From Monocercomonoides exilis PA203 (lineage: Eukaryota > Protista > Preaxostyla): 64,000 nt of DNA. Numbering within the stretch: the first letter of the stretch is position 1; every line of letters begins with the position of its first letter. The notes beneath the pieces were generated by a model. It ran no database searches and had not been told where the DNA came from. It was given only the letters and a program-made list of their open reading frames with translations. Below, piece after piece: positions 38,552-49,106 of the stretch. The translations under genes were made by a program, and so were the position numbers. The DNA lies in contig LSRY02000009.1 of the NCBI GenBank assembly GCA_001643675.2, positions 1,550,001-1,614,000 of the forward strand, written 5' to 3'.

Positions 38552-41500
38552 TTAATTGGGAGATGATGAGACCATCATCAGAACAGCTTTCGTGATCGTC
38601 CTTTGCTTTTCCTCTGATTCCTTCCTTATTTGGGCCCTTGTTCTGATTATGAACTCTTTTACCTGTTCTGGCGGATCTCCTTTTCCTTCACTGGGCTCTT
38701 CAATCCTTGTAGGCCTCATTGGCTGTTCTTCCCCACTTCTTTGTTCTGCATTCTCTCGTTGACAAATAGAGCTATTGGCTTTTGGTTTAGTTGTTTTCTC
38801 ATTTCCGCCTCTCTTCTTTGCTTCGGATCTTCTGTACATGGCTGTGCTGTCTGCATCCTCTCTGTTCGCTCTATCTTCTTGATCGTTTGTTGCAGAGGCA
38901 ATAACGCGGGCCATTGATGATGCTAGGTTTGATCGAAAATAATGTTTGACCAACGTGTTTGTTCGTGGTGACAATCTTGCAAACCTTGCCACTTGTTCTG
39001 GGGGAATTCCTGCCATCGTCAGTGCTGAAAGGCTTGCTGCTTTGATCGAGTATGGTGTGAATCTCTTGGGCACTCCTGCATCATAAATCGCTTCCTTTGC
39101 GAGCTTCCGAATTCCTTCTACAGCTAACGGATGAAAGTTCTCTGTGTTAAGAAGCAATTTGTCTGTGTGACTGTTTTTCTCTTGGACTTTTTTCCACAAT
39201 TCCTGGATCGCTGATGCGGGACAAATCAAACTCAGTTCTGGTAAGAACGGAACAGCAATCTCCGTGCGTGTGTTTGAGGTCTTCAACTTTGTGTCCAAAT
39301 ACACGCCTTCCTCCTCAAACCTGCTTTCCAACATATTGATCCTCTCGAGCTCCGTGAATCTACAAGCTGAAAACAACATCGTTAGAACAATCACTTTCAT
39401 AGTGAGCTGTTTAAAGCTTAACACTTCATTTGGTCCCAGGCCAGAAAAGAAATTAAGCACTATTCGAGGATTCCAAATGTCTCCTGTCCTCTTCTTTCTT
39501 GACTTGTCCGTCCTTCGGAACGATCTAAAAAGGGTACGAATAATAGGGATGTCTCCAAGGAAGGAAGAGAATACAATATTGGAGTAAAGCGATACTGCTG
39601 CCCTTGTCAATTGAAGGCAAGTTAACTTCATGCCACCGTTCCTAAGCGATAGAAACACATTTGCACAACATGCGGCCCACTCTTGAATAGACTCCGGTAT
39701 TCTTCCATGTCCACACTCTCTCCATTGTTTTCCAAAATGAGCAAATCCATACAGATACCCTCGCCATGTGCTCTTGGATATGCCTGCTCTGCACTCTTCT
39801 GCTAACGAGAAAGGGATTGATTTTTGTTCCAATGCATTCTTCCACCATTGTTCCCCATCGCGTAAGGTGCATTCAGCCAGATTATCCTCAATCGACCTGG
39901 TGGAAGACTCGCACCTGTCCATTGCATCGATGGACCCTTCCGCAGAACCTCCTTCTGATTCTTCCAAGTCCATTCCAAATGGGGAATGGACCTTAACAAG
40001 CTCTCCCAATTCTGTCCCTTCCAATTCGGCAGGAGTAATATCACTTGTGCTCTCTCCTGTCGTGCTTTCTGGATCGTCGGAATCACAAGCGGGATCGGTG
40101 GATGAGCTAACACGACTTCGTTCTTCCAGGGAAACATCAGTCCGTCTTCTGCAAGCTGACTTCCTATTCCGCACCATCTTCCCACTTTGCGATTGTGTTG
40201 CGCTGCAAACGCGTCCAGCGTTGGAGCAATGTTTAGTTTCGTCATTATCTTTTCCCATTCTTCGTCCTGCACCTCGTAGTCTCCTGCTCTCTCCAGTCGT
40301 GATAACGCATCTGCTCTTGTGTTCAGTACACCTGGAACATGTGACGCTCTCAACTCTATGCCTAGATCTTGTTTTAGTCTCCATAATTTCCTCAGCACTG
40401 GTCGAAGCTTCTTCCCTGCATTCCATCTGTTTATGTTGAACACCACGGATGTATTGTCCGATCTTAGGTGAAGAAAGGACACGTGATGTTCCTGAAGGAT
40501 TGGTGAGAAGTGGCTCAGAGCAAGAAATACTGCCATTAGTTCCCTGAAATTGGATGATTGCTTTCTCACTCTGTGGGGGAACGGATTGTGCGCATCGAGG
40601 AGCTGGTTGTTCAAGAGGAGCGAAGCTCCCCAAGCCGTCTCCGATGCATCTGTTGTAAGAGTTGCATCCGGGGAAAATACTGGGATAAGTCTGCGTCTTG
40701 GGTGTGCTCTCAACCTCGATATCCATTGCCGAATCTGTTGCAGGATTGACGCATTCAACCTCAATTTGCCTTTCCATCCTCTTTCCTTTATTCCTTTCTG
40801 GAGCATACGATGCATGGAGTGAAGCCATAGAGAAGCGTCTGGCTGAACAAACCGAACAGCATTGAGTTTTCCAATAAAGGAAGCCAGATCTTTCACTTTC
40901 ACAATTCTTGCTTTTACACAATCCTTTTCCCATCTGCGACACAAGCGAGTCAGTGCTTCTTTTCTGTCTCTTGCAAGCCGAACCTTCATCTTCGACGAGT
41001 CCCACTCGAAGCCAAGGAAAGAAAACTTTCTTCTTGGTGTCAACTGGCTTTTCTCCTGGTTCACCAAAAGACCTAATTCCTCCAGAAACCTGATAATCTC
41101 TTTGGCGGCTAGTGCTAAGAATTCCTTGTTCTCGTGTAATATAAGGAAATCGTCCAAATATGCGATTACCCGAACATCCCATCGTTTCCTGATTTCTGAA
41201 GTCACCTTCCTCATCGCGTGCGTGAAAACTCTTGGGGCGTCTACGAAACCAAACGGCATTCCTCTGAATGTGTAGTCTTTTCCAGAAAATCTGAAAGCCA
41301 AATATGGTCTTAGGTCTTTGGATACCGGAAGCAGATAGTAGGCCTGTTGCAAATCCACTGAGACTGCGAAATCTTTTCTTCTCAGCACACGCTCTACTGT
41401 CTTTTCGTTGTCGCATTTGAAGTGCGTCTTTATCAAGGCAGCGTTCAATCTCCGGCAATCCAGTATCTGCCTCCATGCTCCCGATTTCTTTCTGATCAAA

Positions 41501-41857
41501 AACACGTTGTTCCTGTGCCTCACCTCCTCTGACCTTATCTCCTCCACAATTCCTGTCTCTATCTGTTCCTGCAGAAGATCTGCGAACACCTTTCTTTGAT
41601 CTTCGTTTGAGTGAACGGCTCCATCTCTGAACGGCATATCCCTTAGCTTCATTCTCATATGTTTGCTTTTCCACATCGCCTGCACGCCCTGTTTTATCAA
41701 CTTGGCACCACCAATTCTTTCCCAAGCCTCTATGAAAAACTCCGTTCTTCCTCCAATCCTTGTCCTGCCCATGACTCCTTTCCTCGCTCCATCTCCCCTC
41801 TCTATTGTTGACCCCGACTTCGGCTGTAGTATCTCCAGTTCGTTGTGGTCCATCCAT
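38552..41857 (-). CDS. DIRS tyrosine recombinase ORF (YR in the C-terminal ~400 aa; long N-terminal overlap with pol)
   Basis: SAM-like region (STWRGY...RAAVS), IWNP, SACRFTEL, TKLKT, ICPAS, FTPYSIKAAS and LVKHYFR, matching the layout of DIRS YRs. Confidence 0.85.
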   Translation of the reverse strand: MDGPQRTGDTTAEVGVNNREGRWSEERSHGQDKDWRKNGVFHRGLGKNWWCQVDKTGRAGDVEKQTYENEAKGYAVQRWSRSLKRRSKKGVRRSSAGTDRDRNCGGDKVRGGEAQEQRVFDQKEIGSMEADTGLPEIERCLDKDALQMRQRKDSRACAEKKRFRSLSGFATGLLSASGIQRPKTIFGFQIFWKRLHIQRNAVWFRRRPKSFHARDEEGDFRNQETMGCSGNRIFGRFPYITREQGILSTSRQRDYQVSGGIRSFGEPGEKPVDTKKKVFFPWLRVGLVEDEGSACKRQKRSTDSLVSQMGKGLCKSKNCESERSGFLYWKTQCCSVCSARRFSMASLHASYAPERNKGKRMERQIEVECVNPATDSAMDIEVESTPKTQTYPSIFPGCNSYNRCIGDGLGSFAPLEQPAPRCAQSVPPQSEKAIIQFQGTNGSISCSEPLLTNPSGTSRVLSSPKIGQYIRGVQHKQMECREEASTSAEEIMETKTRSRHRVESVTCSRCTEHKSRCVITTGESRRLRGAGRRMGKDNDETKHCSNAGRVCSATQSQSGKMVRNRKSACRRRTDVSLEERSRVSSSTDPACDSDDPESTTGESTSDITPAELEGTELGELVKVHSPFGMDLEESEGGSAEGSIDAMDRCESSTRSIEDNLAECTLRDGEQWWKNALEQKSIPFSLAEECRAGISKSTWRGYLYGFAHFGKQWRECGHGRIPESIQEWAACCANVFLSLRNGGMKLTCLQLTRAAVSLYSNIVFSSFLGDIPIIRTLFRSFRRTDKSRKKRTGDIWNPRIVLNFFSGLGPNEVLSFKQLTMKVIVLTMLFSACRFTELERINMLESRFEEEGVYLDTKLKTSNTRTEIAVPFLPELSLICPASAIQELWKKVQEKNSHTDKLLLNTENFHPLAVEGIRKLAKEAIYDAGVPKRFTPYSIKAASLSALTMAGIPPEQVARFARLSPRTNTLVKHYFRSNLASSMARVIASATNDQEDRANREDADSTAMYRRSEAKKRGGNEKTTKPKANSSICQRENAEQRSGEEQPMRPTRIEEPSEGKGDPPEQVKEFIIRTRAQIRKESEEKQRTITKAVLMMVSSSPN
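39802..41853 (-). CDS. DIRS pol: reverse transcriptase, RNase H and DNA adenine methyltransferase-like domain
   Basis: RT: ILDCRRLN, DLQQAY, MPFG, YLDD, FLG. RNase H: TTDAS..WGA, RELMAV, RSDN, NTRADALSR. MT-like: LDAFA, DGLMFPW, HPPIPL. Confidence 0.95.
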   Translation of the reverse strand: MDHNELEILQPKSGSTIERGDGARKGVMGRTRIGGRTEFFIEAWERIGGAKLIKQGVQAMWKSKHMRMKLRDMPFRDGAVHSNEDQRKVFADLLQEQIETGIVEEIRSEEVRHRNNVFLIRKKSGAWRQILDCRRLNAALIKTHFKCDNEKTVERVLRRKDFAVSVDLQQAYYLLPVSKDLRPYLAFRFSGKDYTFRGMPFGFVDAPRVFTHAMRKVTSEIRKRWDVRVIAYLDDFLILHENKEFLALAAKEIIRFLEELGLLVNQEKSQLTPRRKFSFLGFEWDSSKMKVRLARDRKEALTRLCRRWEKDCVKARIVKVKDLASFIGKLNAVRFVQPDASLWLHSMHRMLQKGIKERGWKGKLRLNASILQQIRQWISRLRAHPRRRLIPVFSPDATLTTDASETAWGASLLLNNQLLDAHNPFPHRVRKQSSNFRELMAVFLALSHFSPILQEHHVSFLHLRSDNTSVVFNINRWNAGKKLRPVLRKLWRLKQDLGIELRASHVPGVLNTRADALSRLERAGDYEVQDEEWEKIMTKLNIAPTLDAFAAQHNRKVGRWCGIGSQLAEDGLMFPWKNEVVLAHPPIPLVIPTIQKARQERAQVILLLPNWKGQNWESLLRSIPHLEWTWKNQKEVLRKGPSMQWTGASLPPGRLRIIWLNAPYAMGNNGGRMHWNKNQSLSR

Positions 41858-42725
41858 CTCTCTGCCGCTTTCCTTCTCGTGTTGCCTGTGAGCGGGGTCC
41901 TCTCCGAAAAAACTGTGAGCCCCAGATCTTTCTTGGGCCAGTGTAATTTCTTCTTGGAAGCCCCTGTGTTGCAGAGCTCCTCTCTCCTTTAGACCATAAG
42001 GAACTTGTTGACTTTCTGCTCGTTACTTTAACGGGGGTTGAGGAGCTTGTCGCCAATCTTGTCTCCTTTAAAATCTGCTCCTGGCGTTCGGTTAATAATC
42101 CCGTCACATTTTCTGATTTCATTTGCTCCGCCATCCGAAAACCAAATCTTCCTTGCAGCCTGGTTGTTCTCGCCTCCTGCAATGCCTTCGCTATAAGCAG
42201 TAACGCGTCAGCTCCCCTTTGTGCACTTTCCCGATGAGGGTCTGAGTCCGCCAAGCTCAGAAGCTGAGCCTTGAAAGCCTGATACAAACACAGCTCTATT
42301 CTATAACCCGCGGAATCCAACGCATCATTAAACCAATTGGCCGATTTTTGGAAGGGGGGAGGCACTGGCTGCAATACTGGGCTTAGATCCTGAAGCGCGT
42401 ATTTTTGTTCAATACTTTCTATTGAAAAGGCAGGAAGTTGAAGATCAAAAATGGATCTATTTGGTTCCTGACCGAAAATGCTATTAAAAACGTCAGCAGC
42501 CCTTTCGTGCAAGTCTGAGTCTGTTTCTTCTTCTGTGCTCTTTTCTTCGGTTGCTCTTGCCGCTGTTTCCGGAGGACTTGATTGAGAAGATACCGACGCA
42601 GAAGAAGGAATTGGTGGAAGGAGCGTTTGGACCCCAAGCTGGCTTTGCACCCCACCTGGCAGTGAGGCTGCTTCGGTTGCCGGTGTAAGTCCAGTTGTCT
42701 GCGGGAAAAATGGTGATTGCATCAT
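41802..42725 (-). CDS. DIRS ORF1 (gag-like)
   Basis: First ATG just inside the 5' terminal repeat; 307 aa ORF in the gag position upstream of pol. Assigned by position only. Confidence 0.75.
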   Translation of the reverse strand: MMQSPFFPQTTGLTPATEAASLPGGVQSQLGVQTLLPPIPSSASVSSQSSPPETAARATEEKSTEEETDSDLHERAADVFNSIFGQEPNRSIFDLQLPAFSIESIEQKYALQDLSPVLQPVPPPFQKSANWFNDALDSAGYRIELCLYQAFKAQLLSLADSDPHRESAQRGADALLLIAKALQEARTTRLQGRFGFRMAEQMKSENVTGLLTERQEQILKETRLATSSSTPVKVTSRKSTSSLWSKGERSSATQGLPRRNYTGPRKIWGSQFFRRGPRSQATREGKRQRDGWTTTNWRYYSRSRGQQ

Positions 42726-42918
42726 TGATCCGATCGTGGCGACTACCCATAGATCGTGGTTCTCAATTATAAGAGAAGGAATTGATTGAAGATTTTCTTG
42801 ACAATAAAGGTGCTTATGCACTTTTATTATCGAGAGATAAAAATTGATTTCACACTGACGAGAAAAAATTCTCCTGACTGACCGAACATTCAATTTTTCA
42901 ATCCGTCACCCAGGCTTA

Positions 42919-43072
42919 ATATCAAAAATTTCATATTTAATTCAAATTTTCGTTTCCACTTTCGAATCTTTTATTGAATGTGTGAAATTGCATTATCCTT
43001 AAATAGATTCCATATTGGTGAAGTTTGGTGTATGCCAACGAAAATTTGAATAAAATATGAAATTTTTGATAT
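42919..43072. mobile_element. ~150 bp MITE; its first bases are duplicated as the TSD of the hAT-like element
   Basis: ATATCAAAAATTTCATATTTAATTCAAATTTTCGTT at the left matches the reverse complement of 43037-43072 with one mismatch; bounded by ATAT. Confidence 0.75.
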
Positions 43073-46000
43073 GGGTCATTATTTTTCATATCGTAACTTT
43101 GTTCGAAGAAAGATCTTTTTTTAAGTAATTGTGGTATAATGAGATAAGAATCAAAAATACATGTTTATAAATAAATAGAAAAAGAATCGCGATCGAATTT
43201 TTGAAAGTCAAGTTAATTTGAGAAAATCATATAAATTCCATTATAACATTTATTTATTGAGTTATTTCTTTTATTTGAATTATTTGATATCACAGAACCC
43301 AACAAGTTTAATTATTGTTTGTATATAATTTAAATTTGAGTGTGATTTAATAGCATAACTTTTTTTGAGATGATTCGTATGAGCTATCATCAGAAAATGA
43401 ATTATTGATTTATTTTTGAAAATTTTAGAGAAATTGATGAATTTTATTTTTTTGTATTGTTATTTATGACTTTATTACAGTTATGAAAGACACTTATTTT
43501 ATTTATAGCATTTTTGATGTTACAAGTGAATTAATGTTTGTCGAATTTTGTTGGAAGGAAATGCGAATAAGAATCAAAAAATGGATAGAAAAATAAACTT
43601 AATAAGGAATATTTTTTATAGATTTTTGAGAGCTAATGAAAGAAAATGATCATTGAGGTTCTAAAATATTTTTGAACTGTTTCTTAAATTTTCAAAGTTT
43701 TCTTCATTTTTCTTTGTATGAAACATTTAACATAACTTTGTTTGTGGAAAAGTTTATTGTTTTTGAGATGTGCACTTCATTTTTCATTGAGAAGAACATT
43801 TATTAATCTGAATTTTCAAGAGATACTTTTTTTTTTGAGAAGTTTGATAGAAGAACTCAAAAAACAAAAAACCTTAATTCGATATATCTGAAAACATAAT
43901 ATTTGCAAAAGTAATTCCAATTTTTCTATTTCTAATGATCAGGGAATGGGGAAATGAAAAGAAATACTGAAAAAGCCAACAAAAAAGGCAATGAAAAACA
44001 AGCGAAATTAATGAAAGCCAAATTGAATCTTTCATATTGATCAGTTTCATTTAATTCATCAACATTAGGCATATTTTTTGGATGAATAATAACATGTCAG
44101 GCAATCACATCATCCTTCAGCGTGCTTTTCTAAATGAAAAACTCAGAAAAGCAGGTGCTGAATTTGACATATTTCGAATTGTCAACACTTTGCCTGAACG
44201 GATCAACAAATAAAATGACAATCCAACAAGCCATCAGAAAAAAATCATTTCAAATAAGATTCTTCTGCTTGTCTCTGATCATTATTGCACTTTATTATCT
44301 CTTGCATTTTTGTCAGAACTCATTCTCCCACCACACTCCATTCCTCTTTTCTTTCAGCCTTGTATCTGCTATTTCTTCTTTTTAACTTTCTTCACTTCCT
44401 CTCTCTCTCTCTCTCTCTCCTCCTTCACCTCTTCCTCCTCCTCTTCTCCATTCTCCTCCTCTTCTTCCACCTTCTCTCTCACTCATCTTCTTTCAGTGCT
44501 TTCTCTTCTTCTTCTTTCTTTTTTTTTGCTCCTTCATCATTCTCGCTTCCTCTTCTTTCCTCTTTCTCTCATCTTCTTGATTCTGCATCTCAATTATTCT
44601 GTCCATCTCCAATTTCTTTTGCCACTCCCTTTCCTCTTTTTCTCTTTGACTCTCCCATTTGTCCTCCTCATATTTCGTTATGAACTGCAGGTTGTCTTGA
44701 AGCACTTTTCTCTTTTCAAGCTTCAGTTGTGCTTCACTGCCTGTTCTCTCGCAATGCGCTACGCCTGGTCTCCTTCTCTGAGGGTGATTTTCTCAAACAC
44801 ATCCTTCGCAACATCAATCGACAAATCAATAATCACCGGCCTTTCTTTCATCTTCTCCTCATCTTTCATCCTTTCCTGGTTAGCGCTCGTCTGCCTCCTT
44901 TCCCAAAGCTCCACATCTTCCTCGTATCGCTCAATGCCCTCCTCTCTTATTCTGAGCTTGTTGAACCAGATGTCCCATCGAGAGAAAAAGACATAGAATT
45001 GGAAGGAGCTGCCTGTGACAAAGTAGTCGGAGCTGGATGCTTCTGCTTCATCAGCCCCTGGTGTCGCATCAGATACGCTTCCCTCATCCGCTTGATGTGC
45101 ATCTGGATGTCTGCTGAATTCTTTGCCTCTGATACTTCAGCCGCGCTCATGTTCTCCTTCTCTTTCTCCTCTTTGCGTGCCTTCTTGCTCCATTTCTGCT
45201 CCAACTCCTTCCGTTTCTCCTCTTTCTCCTTCCTGATTCTCGAATGCGACTTCTCCTCCATCTTGAACGGGCGTGTGAAGAACGGATGAAGCTCCTCGTC
45301 TGACGTGGGAAGGCACGTCACAGACGTCGACGTGCTCGCATTCTGCCCAGCAGCTGATGCTTGCCAATGCGATGCACGTGTTGAAGACAGGTTGTCTTTC
45401 TGGATCAGGCTCAGGCTCTGGTTCAGCTGCACTGCTCCCTCTTCAGCACTTCCTTCGCTCTTCTCTCTGTCGTTCACCGTCATCCCCTATTTTTCGCCTC
45501 TTTCGGTGTCTGTCTGATTGGCTTTGTGGCTGTCCTGCTGTGCTTGTTTCATCGACGGGATTTGATGCTCAATCTCTTCGCTGTTTGTTTCGTCAGCTGG
45601 TAGCATCGCCTTCCGCTGAATGAGCATGTTCAGCTCATCCTGCTTACTTTCCGCCTGCGAATCACTCTCTTCCTCTGAACCCTCTTCTCTTTTTGCTTGT
45701 TTTCGTCTTTTTGAGGCTTTTCAGACGTTTTCTGGCTTCCTTCGCTGCAACTGTCAGACGACGAGGCTTTCTGCCCTGCTTCTTCATTCTCTTTGACTCT
45801 TGCTCCAATTTCGCTTGCGTTCCCTTCTCCTTTCTAAGCTTTCCTTTTCTCCTTCAACATCTCCTTTCTCCTTCTTTCCACCTCTTCTGGTGTGATGCTC
45901 GGATCCAATGTAATGAAAGACGATATCTCTAATGGCTTCCCTCCCGACATCTTCTTCGCCACAGATATTTTGGGCAGCTTTTCCTCTTCTTTCTCCCTTC

Positions 46001-47400
46001 TTTAAATCTCCTGCTGCTCTTTGAACTTCTTCATCACCTAGTCGATCGTCTTCTGCCTAATCGATCTGATTGACGTGGGCTTTGCATTTCCATATCTTCC
46101 TTTCTTCGTCAGAAACTCATTCTTTTTCTTCTCATCCTGCTTCTCCAATCTCTTCTTCTTCTTCTTCTTCTCTTTTCCTTCTGTTCCATTCTCATAAACG
46201 CTGTCATGCATTGAATTCATCTGGCTATCCTTCTTCAAAGCCCTCGATCTATCAACAATTCCTTCAACAGCCACAAAAATCTTTCTTTTTTGCTTTTTCC
46301 ATTTTCTCTTCTTTGCCTTCCTCTTCCCCTTCCTTTTTCCCATCTTCCTCCTCTTCCTCCTCCACCTTCTCTCTCACTCCTCGTCTGCCCCATCCTCCCA
46401 TCTCCTCCAAACGGTCTCCCACACACATTTCCTCCCCTTCCAACCCCTCTCAGCATGATGTTCCAAAACATCCCTCTGCACCTGCTTAACTTAAATGCCA
46501 CCTTCTCATTATCCTTCCCCATCTCCACACCACATCCCTTCACCACAATCACACCCCCCCCACAAACAACACAAACTCCACCCAATTTCATCTTCAAACA
46601 GCTCAATTCCTTCCAACAAAACCGACGTTTTCCTTAATTTCCTCATATTTTTGTTCATCTTCTTCCCTTTTTCTTCAATTCATGTGTGCCAATTGACTGA
46701 AAGCTTACGCTGCAAGATCCTAACATCGCATTTTGAAAATGAAAATGAAAATTGAATTCTTGTTAAAAATCAATAAAAGATGGAAGCCAACTCCTCATAT
46801 TATTTTTGTCCTTCATAAATTTTCATTTTCGTCCATTTTCGTCTCAAGAATTATCGAAAATCCTCAACATAATTTGTTGTCTCCATTAAACATCGAATAA
46901 CATTTGCTGTTTCATTTCTTCGCTTTAATATCTGAAATCTCCCTGAATAGAAATACATCGATCGTAACATTTGAACGTCTAAATAAAAACAATATCATCA
47001 AATTATTTGTTTTGCGTTTTCACACAAAAATGGAAAAAATAAATCAATAATTCATTTTCTGATGATAGCTCATACGAATCATCTCAAAAAAAGTTATGCT
47101 ATTAAATCACACTCAAATTTAAATTATATACAAACAATAATTAAACTTGTTGGGTTCTGTGATATCAAATAATTCAAATAAAAGAAATAACTCAATAAAT
47201 AAATGTTATAATGGAATTTATATGATTTTCTCAAATTAACTTGACTTTCAAAAATTCGATCGCGATTCTTTTTCTATTTATTTATAAACATGTATTTTTG
47301 ATTCTTATCTCATTATACCACAATTACTTAAAAAAAGATCTTTCTTCGAACAAAGTTACGATATGAAAAATAATGACCCATATCAAAAATTTCATATTTT
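43052..47400. mobile_element. Foldback-like unit with ~366 bp inverted repeats (core GGG...CCC element 43073-47379 flanked by ATAT)
   Basis: 43052-43417 is the reverse complement of 47035-47400, with no mismatch seen on reading. Confidence 0.85.
44300..46640 (-). pseudogene. Fragmented charged/coiled-coil host-like gene between the long inverted repeats
   Basis: Coding-like GC content; E/K-rich ORF pieces (44947-45483, 44493-44705, 46038-46343) separated by stops and frameshifts. Confidence 0.45.
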
Positions 47401-47954
47401 GTTCCAAACTTATTCCAGATTCATATAACAATGCACATAACATTATTATGCAAAAAAATATTTGAAACGAAATCCATAATTATTATTAATTTTTATTTTT
47501 GGATACAAGCTCGATATTTGAGGAAATTACCAAAGTTAATGAGTGAAAGGCTATAATTAGAATATTGTTTGAATTATTATATTATTAAAACAGGTATGGA
47601 AGTTTCACTGAATTGTCAATGCTTCTTTTATTGATTTCATATTTACTGTTACAATTTGTGTTTGTTAATGAAAAAGTATGTGGTAAATTTGTTCATTCGA
47701 ACTGAAAATTGGATGAAGACACAATTGCGTGAAGATTTGTTGGATTCTCAAAATTTTCAAGTTGAAATTAAAAGAAGAAGAAAAATCACTGTCTGTATAG
47801 AAATAGCTTCATTTCCACCTTTATCATTATCTTCTTTTTTTCCCTCTTCCTCTTTCTCCAATTCTTTTCACTCCTTTCAAACATATCCGTCTCTCTCCTC
47901 TATCTTATGTGTTTGTTGTTCACTTTTGTTTATTATCACCGAGTAGTCTGCATT

Positions 47955-49075
47955 TTAAATCGTCTTCTCCATCCTCGTCTCAATTTCAGGCATCTCTTTT
48001 TTATCCACACGATTCTTTGCCAAATCAGTCAACTTTGTGATGATTGTATTTGAAGGCATTGGCGTTCTCTTACATGGAGTGGGTGCAGTTGTGGATGCGA
48101 AGAACGACTGGCTCAACAGAAAAATGGAAAGTGCTACTGATGCACTCTTTGGCTGAGGGAAAGATGAAGTGCGCAAAAGCATGGAAGAAGATTGGGCTGT
48201 TGAAGGATGAAATAAAAGACATCAAGAGTGGAAGAATAATGAAATTTAGGTTTAAACAAAAAGGTTTGTTATTTTTTGATTGATTTTGTTTTTTTTAACA
48301 ATTATTTTTAAAAAAGAAATAGCTTTTCGACTTCATTCAATACTCATCCATTTTTCATGCATTGGCGTAGTCATCGCCATCTTCTTTAACTTCTTTCTCT
48401 TCGTCATCTTTGGCATTTTCTTCATCAAAGTTAGCACAACACCTAATCCATCCACTACACTCTCCCAATGCAACACTTCATCAAGCAGCATCATCTGCTT
48501 CTTAGCTTTTGTCTCTTCTCTTCAAGCACACTTCTGCTCCCCTGTCACTTCTCTTATTTCTCCCTGTCTTCCCTCTCTCTGAGATATCTGAATTTACAGA
48601 ATGCTTTTGTTCTTCACGTACCAGTTCAACACTATCATTGGATGTATTTGTGGAGCATGTCTCACTCCATTAAACAGATAAGAAGAACGACAAAATAATA
48701 TAGCTGCTAATTACACTTGCCCATTCAACACAATGAAACATCCTTGCGCTGTTTGCAGTGGGGAAGATGGTGTTTCGGAAAAAGTGTGAGGAGAAAGAGA
48801 AGGAGAAGATAGAGGAAGAGAATTTGATATATTATCCGGAAGAAGAATGGAAGAACGATCGGGTAAAGACTCAATTGAAGGAAGAATAGAGGAAGGATCA
48901 GGAAGAGGGAGAGGAGAAGAAGAAGAAGAGAAGGAGGAGAAGGAGGAATATGAAGATAGTAAGGTTGATTAAATTGTGAAGTGATTTTCTGAAGAAAGAG
49001 GATAAGAAGAAGAAGGAATTCGGGATAAAGAAGAAGAAGGGGAAGGGGAAAAGGGAGAAGAAGAAGAAAATGGAG

Positions 49076-49106
<31 letters not shown>

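Larger units (their letters stand above)
38160..42829 (-). mobile_element. Full-length DIRS1-like tyrosine-recombinase retrotransposon
   Basis: Non-identical inverted termini share ATCAATTCC...GGGTAGTCGCC; internal complementary region at about 38444-38546; TTA at both ends; three open overlapping ORFs. Confidence 0.95.
34201..42918. mobile_element. hAT-like non-autonomous DNA transposon with an 8-bp TSD
   Basis: TIR TAAGCCTGGGTGAC (34201-34214 / 42905-42918); direct ATATCAAA on both sides (34193-34200, 42919-42926); repeated TGAC/GTCA subterminal motifs at both ends. Confidence 0.85.

Noticed and set aside
38552-39800. Prophage integrase or bacterial contamination
   Set aside because: The YR sits within a DIRS element with RT, ITRs and ICR, in intron-containing eukaryotic DNA.
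42726-42893. 5' extension of the 363 aa ORF
   Set aside because: It runs through the DIRS terminal repeat into flanking DNA from a TTG; the real start is probably the ATG at 42725.
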